From positions 1 through 64,000 of the forward strand of contig JBBIUY010000009.1 in assembly GCA_037440005.1 (NCBI GenBank): DNA of 64,000 nucleotides, read 5' to 3'. A program made the position numbers and the translations under genes. Below the pieces are notes generated by a model, which searched no databases, was not told where the DNA came from, and worked only from the letters and a program-made list of their open reading frames with translations. Positions 49,211 to 58,384 of this stretch are shown in pieces. Source of the DNA: Armatimonadota bacterium. GTDB taxonomy: Bacteria; Sysuimicrobiota; Sysuimicrobiia; Sysuimicrobiales; Kaftiobacteriaceae. Numbering within the stretch: the first letter of the stretch is position 1; each line of letters opens with the position of its first letter.

Positions 49211-51721
49211 TTACGGCAGGGTGGTGAAGCTCACGCTGCTGAAGGCCGGAATGCTCACCACCTTGGAGACCACCACCACCTCCAGGCGGTTGGAGCCCGG
49301 AGCGAGCCTCCCGGTGACGGCGGGGGTGAGCACCACCCGCCAGACGTCCCCCGCCCGCTGGGCCGCGCCCTGGGCCGCCAGCTGTCCCCGGGCGTCAAAC
49401 AGCAGGTACTTCACGTCCTCGATCTCCGCCGCCGGGTACGGCTGGTCGCGGAAGGTGATGCGCACCTCAAAGGCCGCCTCGCTGCCCACCTTCACCGAGC
49501 GCGGGCCGCTGGCGGCCACCGCCGGGATCTTGGGCTCCCCGAAGCGCAGCCACTTGGTGGAGGGGTCGGGGAAGCGCGGGAACCGCCGCAGCTCCACGAT
49601 CTTCTCCACCGGGGAGACCCGCTGGATCTGGAACGGGCCCATCCCGATCCAGAAGTGGCCGCGGCCGGTGCGCCAGTGGGTCAGGAACGTGTACCGCTGG
49701 CGGGCTTCGTCGGCGCTGACGACCTGGCCGAGGGTGGGCGCGTAGGGGATGAAATTCTCGGCCCGGGCGGCCTCCAGCTGCCGGTCCAAAATCGCCAGGG
49801 TGGGTCCGGCCACGTAGTTGAGGTGTTCCACCTTCAGCTTGGTGGCCTTCGCCCGGCTGAAGGCGGCCTGGCCGGCCGCCTCGGCCCGGATGCCCAGGGC
49901 CACCGCGTGCCAGGCGCCGGGGCCGAACCCGTAGTTGGGCATGAACGCCTCGGCCGCCCCCGAGGCGATCAGCTCGGCGTCGATCTGCCAGGTGTCGGTG
50001 TAGTACTCGGCCACCAGCGGGTCCCGGGAGACGATGCGGAAGCCCCGGAAGGTCTCCTGGAAGGACTCGAAGGCCGGCACCACCGACTCGTCGAAGATGG
50101 CGCTCTCCTTCTTGGCCCGGTCGAAGCCCAGGATCATCCCCAGCATGATGTCTCCCAGGGACAGCCGGCTGCCGTCGTGCCACTGGACTTTGCGGTACAG
50201 GTCCCGCTCGAAGTACACCACGGTCCGCACGTTGGCCGTCAGGCCCTGGGGGTGCTTCTCCCGCACCGTGATCCACCGCTGGGCCCGGGCGTCCCAGTCG
50301 ATGAAGGCGTCTTCAGGCACGGGGATGCGGGGGGCAAACTTCAGGGTCACCCAGTCCAGCGTCCGGGTCACGGGCAGGCCCTGGCGGACGGTGACCTCCG
50401 CCCGCTCCACCCGCTGGGGGTGGAACAGCCCCGTGTAGGGGTCGGGGATGGTGGCCCAGTCCTGGGTGGCCCGGATCAGCGCCTGGTCGAAGATCCAGTT
50501 GGACCCACCCACCGGGTTCCACGGCTGGGTGAGGATGCTGGGCAGGGCGATCTTCATCGTCCCGCCGACGCGGTCGCGGAAGCGCAGGGTGTACGGCCAC
50601 AGCCGCGCGCCCGAATAGCCCGCCGACAGGTCGGCCACCAGGTCCACCTCCGCCCGCCGCGGCCAGATGGACGTCCGCGTCACCAGCCACACCCGCACCG
50701 AGTCCTTCAGGGCCAGCTCCAGGGCGGTGGCCATCATCCGCCGGCGCTCCTCGATGGAGCGGAACTTGCGCTGGGCCAGCGCCTCGGAGATCCGGTCAAA
50801 CTCGGGGTCGGGCTTGTAGGCCTGCCACAGCGGCTCGGTGAGGCCGCGCTTGGTGTAGAAGAAGTCGAAGTTGTCGGCCTCGTCCCGGGAGATCAGGGTG
50901 GTGATCCACCCGCCGGTGTACAGGTGCCAGCGCCCTTCGGCGGGGTCCCCGCCGATCCACAGGGGCGCCAGCTCCCGGCTGGTCCCGTACCGCCGCTCCA
51001 CGGTGAACCCGATCCCTTCCAGGAGCCCGGCGATGTAGTCACCGATCTGCCGCCGCTCGTCCTCGGTGCGGATCAGGAAGGTGAGGGTCACCGGCGCCCC
51101 CCGGAACTGCCACTTGCCCCCCACCAGGGTCGCGCCCAGTTTCTGCATCTCCTCGGTGATCACCGCCCGGGCGCGGTCGGGGTTGGGGGCGTAGGTCAGC
51201 TCCAGCCGCCGGGCCACGTCGGCCAGCCGGGCGTAGTCGGGAAATACGGTGGCGATGGGGAAGTAGCGCGGCGAGCCCAGGCCGCCCATGATCTCGGTGG
51301 CGATGTGCCGGCGGTCGATCAGCCAGTTGAGGGCTTCGCGGATCCGCGGGACGGCGAACGGGTTGAGTTTGTCGGTGTTGGGGAAGACCGGGCCGACGGG
51401 ATTGAGGGTCAGCTCGTGGTACAGGCCGTAGGAAGTGGCCGCGGTCAGCCCCCGCAGGCGCTCCAGGCGGGCGCGCTGCTCGGGGTTGGAGGTCCCGGAA
51501 AACCACGCCTGGATGTCGTTGGCCTCCAGCCGGGTGATGGCCGCGGCGTCGCTGGGTTCCTCCACGGCCAGGACCGTGTCCACCCACGCCCCCACCCGGG
51601 CCTGGGCGCCGGTGCCAGCGGGCAGGGTGGCCACCAGGACCAAAGCCGCCAGGGCGGCCGGGAGGATGCGCCCCCAGGCCCGGGCCCTTCTCCCGCGTCT
51701 GCTGTGTGTGCCGGCGTCCAT
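49211..51721 (-). CDS. Large (~836 aa) peptide ABC transporter substrate-binding protein
   Basis: Signal peptide, NPFAVPRIREALNWLIDR, WNPVGGSNWIFD, WHDG, GPF; ATG 51721 after AAGGAGGGAG. Confidence 0.88.
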   Translation of the reverse strand: MDAGTHSRRGRRARAWGRILPAALAALVLVATLPAGTGAQARVGAWVDTVLAVEEPSDAAAITRLEANDIQAWFSGTSNPEQRARLERLRGLTAATSYGLYHELTLNPVGPVFPNTDKLNPFAVPRIREALNWLIDRRHIATEIMGGLGSPRYFPIATVFPDYARLADVARRLELTYAPNPDRARAVITEEMQKLGATLVGGKWQFRGAPVTLTFLIRTEDERRQIGDYIAGLLEGIGFTVERRYGTSRELAPLWIGGDPAEGRWHLYTGGWITTLISRDEADNFDFFYTKRGLTEPLWQAYKPDPEFDRISEALAQRKFRSIEERRRMMATALELALKDSVRVWLVTRTSIWPRRAEVDLVADLSAGYSGARLWPYTLRFRDRVGGTMKIALPSILTQPWNPVGGSNWIFDQALIRATQDWATIPDPYTGLFHPQRVERAEVTVRQGLPVTRTLDWVTLKFAPRIPVPEDAFIDWDARAQRWITVREKHPQGLTANVRTVVYFERDLYRKVQWHDGSRLSLGDIMLGMILGFDRAKKESAIFDESVVPAFESFQETFRGFRIVSRDPLVAEYYTDTWQIDAELIASGAAEAFMPNYGFGPGAWHAVALGIRAEAAGQAAFSRAKATKLKVEHLNYVAGPTLAILDRQLEAARAENFIPYAPTLGQVVSADEARQRYTFLTHWRTGRGHFWIGMGPFQIQRVSPVEKIVELRRFPRFPDPSTKWLRFGEPKIPAVAASGPRSVKVGSEAAFEVRITFRDQPYPAAEIEDVKYLLFDARGQLAAQGAAQRAGDVWRVVLTPAVTGRLAPGSNRLEVVVVSKVVSIPAFSSVSFTTLP

Positions 51722-51898
51722 ACCTCTCCCTCCTTGCGCCGGGGCCCGGGCGCACACCCGCAGGCCCCGGGAAGATTGTCGCCTCTCTCGGTCACGGGGA
51801 TGTGTATGAACACTATTGGCCGGCGTGCACTGCGGCCCCTGCCGGAAACCGACGTCGGCATACCGGGGCGCGGAGGCTCCGCCCCGTCCGCCGCCCGC

Positions 51899-54031
51899 TC
51901 AGCCCGGCAGGACCTCCAGGGGCGCGTAGCCCACCGCCAGGCGCTTGACGCCCTGGGCGAACCGCACCGTGATCACCGCCCGGGCTCCCTCCCCTTCCAC
52001 CTCCAGGACGCGCCCTTCTCCGAAGTGGGCGTGGCGCACCCGGTCCCCCACCGACGGGACCGCCACCTCCCGCGCGACCTCCACCGCCTCCGGCGGAGGC
52101 GGGGCCGGGGGAGCGCTCAGCAGGTTGGGAGGGATCTCGTCCAGGAACCGGGACGGCACCCCGGGCAGGGTGGTGCCGAAGGCGGCCCGGACGCGGGCGT
52201 GGGTGAGGTACAGGCGCCGGCGGGCCCGGGTCATGCCCACGTAGCACAGGCGCCGCTCCTCCTCCAGCCCGCCCTCGTCCTCCAGGGCGCGGGCGTGGGG
52301 GAACAGCCCTTCCTCCAGCCCCACCAGGAACACCACCGTGAACTCCAGCCCCTTGGCCGCGTGCAGGGTCATCAGGGTCACCCGGTCCGCCTCTTCCGAC
52401 CAGGTGTCCACGTCGGTGATCAAAGCCAGGTGCTGGAGGAACGCCTCCAGGCTGTCCTCCCCCGAGGTCTCCTGGAACTCCCGGGCGACGGTGACCAGCT
52501 CCTGCAGGTTTTCCAGGCGGCTGCGGGCCTCGTCGGTCCCCTCGGCCTCCAGCAGGGCCCGGTAGCCGGTGTCGGCCAGGACGATCTCGATCAGGTCGGC
52601 GGGCGGGACCCGGCGCGCCCGGTCCGCCAAGCGGGCCATCAGAGCGGCGAAGTCGGCGGCGGCGGCGCGGGCGGGGCGCGGGAGGGTCTCCAGGGCGTCG
52701 GGGCGGGCCATCGCCTCCAGCAGGGTGATCCCGTGGGCGCGGGCGTAGGCGTCCAGCCGCTGCAGGCTCACCTCGCCGATGCCGCGGCGGGGCACGTTGA
52801 GGATCCGCCGCAGGCTGCTCTCGTCGGCGGGGGCCAGGGCTAGCCGCAGGTAGGCCAGGATGTCCCGGACCTCCTTGCGCTCGTAAAAGCGCAGCCCGCC
52901 CACGATGGTGTAGGGGATGCCCGAGCGCAGGAACTGCTCCTCAAACAGCCGGGACTGGGCGTTGGTCCGGTACAGGACCGCCACGTCCCGGTACCGCAGG
53001 CCGTCGGAGCGGACCAGATGCAGGATCTCGTCGGCCACGTAGCGCGCCTCGTCGTGGCCGTCCCGGGCCTCGTAGTGCACCACCGGCTCGCCGGGCGGGT
53101 TGGCCGTCCACAGGACCTTGCGGTGGCGGTGGGGGTTGCGCCGGATGACCGCCCCCGCCACCTGCAAGATCGTCTGGGTGGACCGGTAGTTCTGCTCCAG
53201 GGTGATCACGGTGGCGTCGGGGTAGTCCCGCTCGAACTCCAGGATGTTGCGCACGTCGGCGCCCCGCCACCGGTAGATGGCCTGGTCGTCGTCCCCCACC
53301 ACGCACAGGTTGCGGTGCCGGGCGGCCAGGGTCCGGACGAGCAGGTACTGGGCGCGGTTGGTGTCCTGGTACTCGTCCACCAGGATGTGGAAGAACCGCT
53401 CCTGGTACTCCTGGAGGACGTCGGGCGCCTCGGCGAACAGGCGCAGGGTCTGCAGCAGCAGGTCGTCGAAGTCCAGCGCGTTGCGCTCGGCCAGGGCCTT
53501 CTGGTAGGCGTGGTAGATCCGCGCCACGGTCTCTTCGTACCACCCCGACGCCCGCTCGGCGAACGCCAGGTGGTCGAGGGCCTCGTTCTTGGCCCGGTCG
53601 ATCAGCGCCAGGACCACGCCCGGAGGGAAGCGCCGCTCGTCCAGCCCCAGGTCCCGCAGGCACTGGCGCACCACCGCCCGCTGGTCGTCCTCGTCGTAGA
53701 TGAGGAAGTCCCGGGCCACGCCCACGCGCTCGCCGTGCCGGCGCAGCACCCGGCCGCAGATGTGGTGGAAGGTGCCGATCCACGCCCCGCGGGCGACGGC
53801 CCCGCCCAGCAGGCGGTCCACCCGCTCCCGCATCTCGCCGGCCGCCTTGTTGGTGAAGGTCACCGCCAGAATACGGGAGGCCGGGACTCCCTGGTGGCGC
53901 ACCAGGTACGCGAGGCGGTACGCCAGGACCCGGGTCTTGCCGCTGCCCGCGCCGGCCAGGATCAGCAGGGGACCGCCCGGGTGCAGGACGGCCCGCCGCT
54001 GGGGCTCGTTCAGGTCGGCCAGGAGATCCAT
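51899..54031 (-). CDS. pcrA: ATP-dependent DNA helicase PcrA/UvrD
   Basis: LNEPQ, AGAGSGKT, TFTNKAA, VDEYQDTN, GDDDQAIY.WRGA, HAAKGLEF, EERRLCYVGMTRA, C-terminal Tudor-like domain. Confidence 0.96.
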   Translation of the reverse strand: MDLLADLNEPQRRAVLHPGGPLLILAGAGSGKTRVLAYRLAYLVRHQGVPASRILAVTFTNKAAGEMRERVDRLLGGAVARGAWIGTFHHICGRVLRRHGERVGVARDFLIYDEDDQRAVVRQCLRDLGLDERRFPPGVVLALIDRAKNEALDHLAFAERASGWYEETVARIYHAYQKALAERNALDFDDLLLQTLRLFAEAPDVLQEYQERFFHILVDEYQDTNRAQYLLVRTLAARHRNLCVVGDDDQAIYRWRGADVRNILEFERDYPDATVITLEQNYRSTQTILQVAGAVIRRNPHRHRKVLWTANPPGEPVVHYEARDGHDEARYVADEILHLVRSDGLRYRDVAVLYRTNAQSRLFEEQFLRSGIPYTIVGGLRFYERKEVRDILAYLRLALAPADESSLRRILNVPRRGIGEVSLQRLDAYARAHGITLLEAMARPDALETLPRPARAAAADFAALMARLADRARRVPPADLIEIVLADTGYRALLEAEGTDEARSRLENLQELVTVAREFQETSGEDSLEAFLQHLALITDVDTWSEEADRVTLMTLHAAKGLEFTVVFLVGLEEGLFPHARALEDEGGLEEERRLCYVGMTRARRRLYLTHARVRAAFGTTLPGVPSRFLDEIPPNLLSAPPAPPPPEAVEVAREVAVPSVGDRVRHAHFGEGRVLEVEGEGARAVITVRFAQGVKRLAVGYAPLEVLPG

Positions 54032-54039
54032 CGGTGATC

Positions 54040-54068
54040 ACTGTACCCAATCGCCCGCACCCTCACAA
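54040..54068 (-). promoter_or_regulatory. pcrA promoter, probably giving a leaderless or near-leaderless mRNA
   Basis: TTGTGA (54068-54063), 17 nt, TACAGT (54045-54040); the ATG is only 8 nt downstream and there is no SD. Confidence 0.6.
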
Positions 54069-54219
54069 TCAGGGCGCACGGATGACTCACCCGGGTCATG
54101 GCGGCAGGCGGCACGGGGTGGTAGTGTGATCCCGCGCCGCTCCCGCCCCCGGGGTCACCCCCCGGTGCCAGGCACGGGGGGAGGGGGTGTGGGGTGGTAT
54201 TGCCGACGCGGACACGCCC

Positions 54220-54861
54220 ATGCCTCGCCCGCCGCGCCCGGTCTCCGCCGGCGCCACATACCACATCACCGCCCGGGGCAACAACCGGGAGCCGATCTTC
54301 CGCGACGACACCGACCGGTGGGCGTACCTCGCGCGCCTGGCCCGGGTCGCCCGGGACGGCTCGGCGGTGGTGCTGGCGTTCGTCCTCATGCCCAACCACG
54401 TGCACCTGATCCTGCACACCCGGGAGGCGAACCTGCCCGCGGTGCTGCACCGGCTGCAGGGTCCTTATGCGCGCTTCTTCAACCGCCGCCACGGGCGGCT
54501 GAACCATCTGTTCGGACAGCGCTACGGGAGCCTGCCCATCACCACCGACGCTCACCTGCTGGCCTCCACCCGCTACGTCCACCGCAACCCGGTGCGCGCG
54601 GGACTGGTTCGCCAGCCCGCCGAGTACCCCTGGTCCAGTTACGCCGCCTACGCGGCGGGAACGCCGACGGCGCTGGTGGACCCGCGTCCGGTCCTGGACC
54701 TGCTGCACCCGGACCCGGTGCGGGCCGCCGCGGCCTACGTGGAGTTCGTCGCCGCCGAGGGGACGGCGGAGGAGGTTCGGGGGGCCGAGGACGCCACGTC
54801 GGACCCGCGCGCGCCCGCGTCCCCTACTCCCACTCGATCGTCGCCGGAGGCTTGGAGGTGA
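54220..54861 (+). mobile_element. REP-associated tyrosine transposase (RAYT, Y1 HUH family)
   Basis: MPRPPR..YHITARGNNR..IF, VLMPNHVHL (HUH), LF..RY.S, RYVHRNPVRAGL, YPWSSY; the only plus-strand gene between pcrA and guaA. Confidence 0.9.
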
Positions 54862-56434
54862 CGTCGTACAGGACGCGGGTGACGCCGGGGACCTCCCGGG
54901 TCAGGCGGGACGCGATGCGCTCCAGCAGGTCCTCGGGCAGCCGGGCCCAGTCGGCGGTCATGCCGTCCTCGCTGGTCACGGCCCGGATCACCACCGTGTG
55001 CCCGTAGGTGCGGGCGTCGCCCATCACGCCCACCGACGGGACCGGCAGCAGGACCGCAAACGCCTGCCAGACGTGGCGCACCAGGCCCGCGTCCTGGAGT
55101 TCGTCCATCACGATGGCGTCGGCGGCGCGGGCCAGTTCCAGACGCTCGGGGGTCACCTCGCCCACCACCCGGATGGCCAGCCCCGGCCCCGGGAACGGAT
55201 GGCGCCACACCAGGCTGTCGGGCAGCCCCAGCTGACGCGCCACCTCCCGCACCTCGTCCTTGAACAGCTCGCGGAAGGGCTCCACCAGGCGGAACGGCAT
55301 CTCGACCGGCAGCCCGCCCACGTTGTGGTGGGTCTTGATCCGCGCGGCGGTGCGGGTGCCGCTTTCGATGACGTCGGGATAGAGGGTGCCCTGCACCAGG
55401 AACTCCACGTCGCCCAGCTGTCGGGCCTGCTCGCGGAAGACGGCGATGAACTCCTGGCCGATCAGCCGCCGCTTGGCTTCCGGGTCGACGATCCCGGCCA
55501 GGCGGGCCAGGAAGCGCTCCCGGGCGTCCACGTGGACCAGGGGGATCCGAAAGTGATCCCGGAACGTCTGGATCACCTGCTCGGCCTCGCCCCGGCGCAA
55601 CAGCCCGTGGTCCACGAAGATGCAGGTGAGTCGGTCGCCGATCGCCCGGTGCACCAGCGCCGCCGCCGCCGCCGAGTCCACGCCTCCGGACAGCGCAGCC
55701 ACCGCCCGTCCGGCGCCCACCTGCGCCCGGATGGCCGCCAGCTGGGTCTCGATGAACGACGCCATGGTCCACTGGGGACGGCAGCCGCAGACGACGTACA
55801 GGAAGTTCTGCAGGACCTGCCGGCCCCAGGGGGTGTGGGTGACCTCCGGGTGGAACTGGACCCCAAACCGCCGGCGGGCGCTGTCGGCCATGGCGGCCAC
55901 CGGGTTGTGGTCGGTGCGGGCCAGGGACACAAACCCCGGCGGCAGCTCCACCACCGAGTCGCCGTGGCTCATCCAGCACATCAGCCGCGCCTCCAGCCCC
56001 GCGAACAGGTCGGCGCGGTCGTCCACGAACAGCCGGGTGCGGCCGTACTCCCGCCTCCCGGCCGCGGCGGTGCGGCCGCCCAGGACGTGGGCCATCAGCT
56101 GCATCCCGTAGCAGATGCCCAGGACCGGCAGCTCGCCGCTGAAGATCCGCGGGTCGCAGCGGGGGGCGCCCGGCTCGTAGACGCTGGCCGGCCCGCCCGA
56201 GAGAATTAGGCCCCGGGGACGCAGGGCCTGGATCTCCTCGTAGGCGATGTCGTGGGGCACGATCAGGCTGCGCACCCGGCACTCGCGCACCCGGCGCGCG
56301 ATCAGCTGGGCGTACTGGGCGCCGAAGTCCAGGACGAGGACGGTGTCGACGCCCCCGCCCGGGCTCGGGAAGGCCTCCGCCGTCGTCTTCCCGTGTGTCG
56401 TCGCCACGGACTCCGAGCCCACAGCCTCGACCAC
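54824..56434 (-). CDS. guaA: GMP synthase (glutamine-hydrolysing)
   Basis: [45 protein letters not shown]. Confidence 0.97.
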   Translation of the reverse strand: MVEAVGSESVATTHGKTTAEAFPSPGGGVDTVLVLDFGAQYAQLIARRVRECRVRSLIVPHDIAYEEIQALRPRGLILSGGPASVYEPGAPRCDPRIFSGELPVLGICYGMQLMAHVLGGRTAAAGRREYGRTRLFVDDRADLFAGLEARLMCWMSHGDSVVELPPGFVSLARTDHNPVAAMADSARRRFGVQFHPEVTHTPWGRQVLQNFLYVVCGCRPQWTMASFIETQLAAIRAQVGAGRAVAALSGGVDSAAAAALVHRAIGDRLTCIFVDHGLLRRGEAEQVIQTFRDHFRIPLVHVDARERFLARLAGIVDPEAKRRLIGQEFIAVFREQARQLGDVEFLVQGTLYPDVIESGTRTAARIKTHHNVGGLPVEMPFRLVEPFRELFKDEVREVARQLGLPDSLVWRHPFPGPGLAIRVVGEVTPERLELARAADAIVMDELQDAGLVRHVWQAFAVLLPVPSVGVMGDARTYGHTVVIRAVTSEDGMTADWARLPEDLLERIASRLTREVPGVTRVLYDVTSKPPATIEWE

Positions 56435-56440
56435 CCTCGG

Positions 56441-57598
56441 TCATCGCCCCTGCCCCACGCCCTGCGCGAACTGCCACCCTTTCCCCTCGGTAGCCAGCGC
56501 AGGCGCGAGGACGATCTCGGCACGGTGCATCTCGGGGATGGTGCGGGCGCCGCACATCCCCATGGCGGTGCGCAGGGCCTCGGCCAGGTTCTGGGTGCCG
56601 TCGTCGGTCCGGGCCGGTCCCAGCAGAATCTGCCGCAGGGTCCCTGTGGTGCCCACCCGGATACGGGTGCCCCGGGGCAGCGCCGGGTGCGGCGTGGCCA
56701 TCCCCCAGTGGTAGCCGCGCCCGGGCGCCTCCTCGGCCCGCGCCAGCGCCGAGCCCAGCATCACCGCGTCGGCGCCGCAGGCGATGGCCTTGGCCACGTC
56801 GCCGCCGGTGGCGATGCCCCCGTCGGCGATGACGGACACGTACCGGCCGGTGCGGCGGGCGTAGGCGTCCCGGGCCGCGGCCACGTCGGCGATGGCGGTG
56901 GCCTGGGGCACGCCCACCCCCAGCACGCGGCGGCTGGTGCACGCCGCTCCGGGGCCGACCCCGACCAGCAGGCCCGACGCGCCGGCCTCCAGCAGCGAGG
57001 AGGCCGCTTCGTAGCCGACGCAGTTGCCCACCAGGACCGGCACGTCGGTGCGGGCGATCAGGTCGCGGATCGCCACCGCCCGCCCGCGGGACGACAGGTG
57101 GCGGTCGGTGACGACCGTCGACTGGATGACCAGCAGGCGCGCGCCCGCCTCGGCCGCCAGCGGCAGCAGCCGGGGCGCGGCGGCGGGGGTGGCGGCCCCG
57201 CAGGCGACGGCGCCGCTAGACGCGATGGCGGAGATCCGCGCGGCCACCAGCTCCTCGCGGACCGGCGCCTGATACACCCGCTGGAGGACCGCCACCACGT
57301 CCTCGGGGGCGGCCCCGGCGATCTCTTCCAGGGGGGCCTCGGGATCCTCGTAGCGGGTGCTGAGGCCTTCCAGGTTCAGCACGCCCACCGCGCCCAGAGC
57401 CGACAGGGCCACGGCGGTCCGCACGTCCACCACGCTGTCCATGGCGGCGGCCAGGAAGGGCAGGCTGAACCGCTGGGAGCCCACCGCCCAGGACAGGTCC
57501 ACGTCGGCGGGGTCGACGGTGGCGGCGGCGGGGGCCAGGGCGATTTCGTCCAGACTGTAGGCGCGCCTGACGATGCGGTCCCGCCCCACAAACAACAT
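56441..57598 (-). CDS. guaB: IMP dehydrogenase, GuaB3-type (no CBS domains)
   Basis: RRAYSLDEIAL, AAAMDSVV, VLNLEGL, GVGPGAACTS (catalytic Cys), IADGG, WGMATP..LPRGTRI. Confidence 0.88.
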   Translation of the reverse strand: MLFVGRDRIVRRAYSLDEIALAPAAATVDPADVDLSWAVGSQRFSLPFLAAAMDSVVDVRTAVALSALGAVGVLNLEGLSTRYEDPEAPLEEIAGAAPEDVVAVLQRVYQAPVREELVAARISAIASSGAVACGAATPAAAPRLLPLAAEAGARLLVIQSTVVTDRHLSSRGRAVAIRDLIARTDVPVLVGNCVGYEAASSLLEAGASGLLVGVGPGAACTSRRVLGVGVPQATAIADVAAARDAYARRTGRYVSVIADGGIATGGDVAKAIACGADAVMLGSALARAEEAPGRGYHWGMATPHPALPRGTRIRVGTTGTLRQILLGPARTDDGTQNLAEALRTAMGMCGARTIPEMHRAEIVLAPALATEGKGWQFAQGVGQGR

Positions 57599-58197
57599 CA
57601 GCGCGCCGGCGTGACGGCTCCAGCCGGCCGGACCAGCGCGGTCTCCACCGGCTTCTGGCCGTACACCTCGGGTTTGAGGACGCAGATGAAGGGCAGGTTG
57701 CGGTAGCGGCCGGCGTAGTCCAGGCCGTAGCCCACCACGAACCGGTCGGGGATCTCAAACCCCCGGTAGTCGATGGGCACGGGGCGCAGACGGCGGGGGA
57801 CCTTGTCCAGCAACGCGCAGACCTTCAGGCTGGCCGGGTAGCGCGCCTTGAGGGTCTCCAGCAGGTAGTCCATGGTCTGGCCGGTGTCGATGATGTCGTC
57901 CACCACCAGCACGTGGCGACCCTCGATGGACTGATCCAGGTCCTTGAGGATGCGCACGATGCCCGAACTCTCGGTGTGGTTGCCGTACGAGCTGGTGGCC
58001 ATGAAGTCCAGCTGGCAGGGGATGGAGATGTGCCGGAGCAGGTCGGAGACGAACAGAACCGCTCCCGTCAGAATCCCGACCAGGAGCGGCTCTTTGCCGT
58101 TGTAGTCGCGGCTGATGGCCTGTCCGAGCTCCCGGACGCGGGCGGCCAGCACCGCCTCCGGGATGAGGATTTCGTCGATATCGTCCAGGAGCGCCAG
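57598..58197 (-). CDS. hpt: Hypoxanthine phosphoribosyltransferase (probable CTG start)
   Basis: GILTGA..F..DL, SSYG, VVDDIIDTG, LLDK, FVVGYGLDYA..YRNLP. Conserved DDIDEILI lies upstream of the first GTG. Confidence 0.93.
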   Translation of the reverse strand: MALLDDIDEILIPEAVLAARVRELGQAISRDYNGKEPLLVGILTGAVLFVSDLLRHISIPCQLDFMATSSYGNHTESSGIVRILKDLDQSIEGRHVLVVDDIIDTGQTMDYLLETLKARYPASLKVCALLDKVPRRLRPVPIDYRGFEIPDRFVVGYGLDYAGRYRNLPFICVLKPEVYGQKPVETALVRPAGAVTPAR

Positions 58198-58282
58198 AGC
58201 TGCTCACCCGCGCTGTCCGGATCCGGGATGCCCGCGGCAGCTGTCCCGCCACAACCGGAGGGCCGGGCCGGAATGTGGCTTG

Positions 58283-58352
58283 ATTATACGGGCCCGCGTC
58301 GGAGGCTGTCAACGAACGGATGGTGGGCACGAGCGGAGAATGTTCGTGTTTT
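58283..58352 (-). promoter_or_regulatory. Consensus promoter with a PurR-type operator for hpt-guaB-guaA
   Basis: TTGACA (58312-58307), 18 nt, TATAAT (58288-58283); ACGAAC-N24-GTTCGT at 58312-58347, with AAACACGAACATTC on the minus strand. Confidence 0.75.
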
Positions 58353-58384
58353 GCGAGAAGGCCCCCGGAGCGCCCCCGGGCCTC

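Noticed and set aside
54220..54861. IS200/IS605 insertion sequence with tnpB
   Set aside because: The motifs (RGNNR, NPVRAG, WSSY) are RAYT-type and no tnpB is adjacent.
58200..58292. Purine riboswitch upstream of hpt
   Set aside because: CGTATAAT resembles the aptamer start but is the promoter -10; the ATATGG and GTTTCTAC core elements are absent.
58312..58347. LexA (Cheo) box
   Set aside because: The GAAC and GTTC half-sites are 24 nt apart rather than 4, which fits PurR and the purine gene context.
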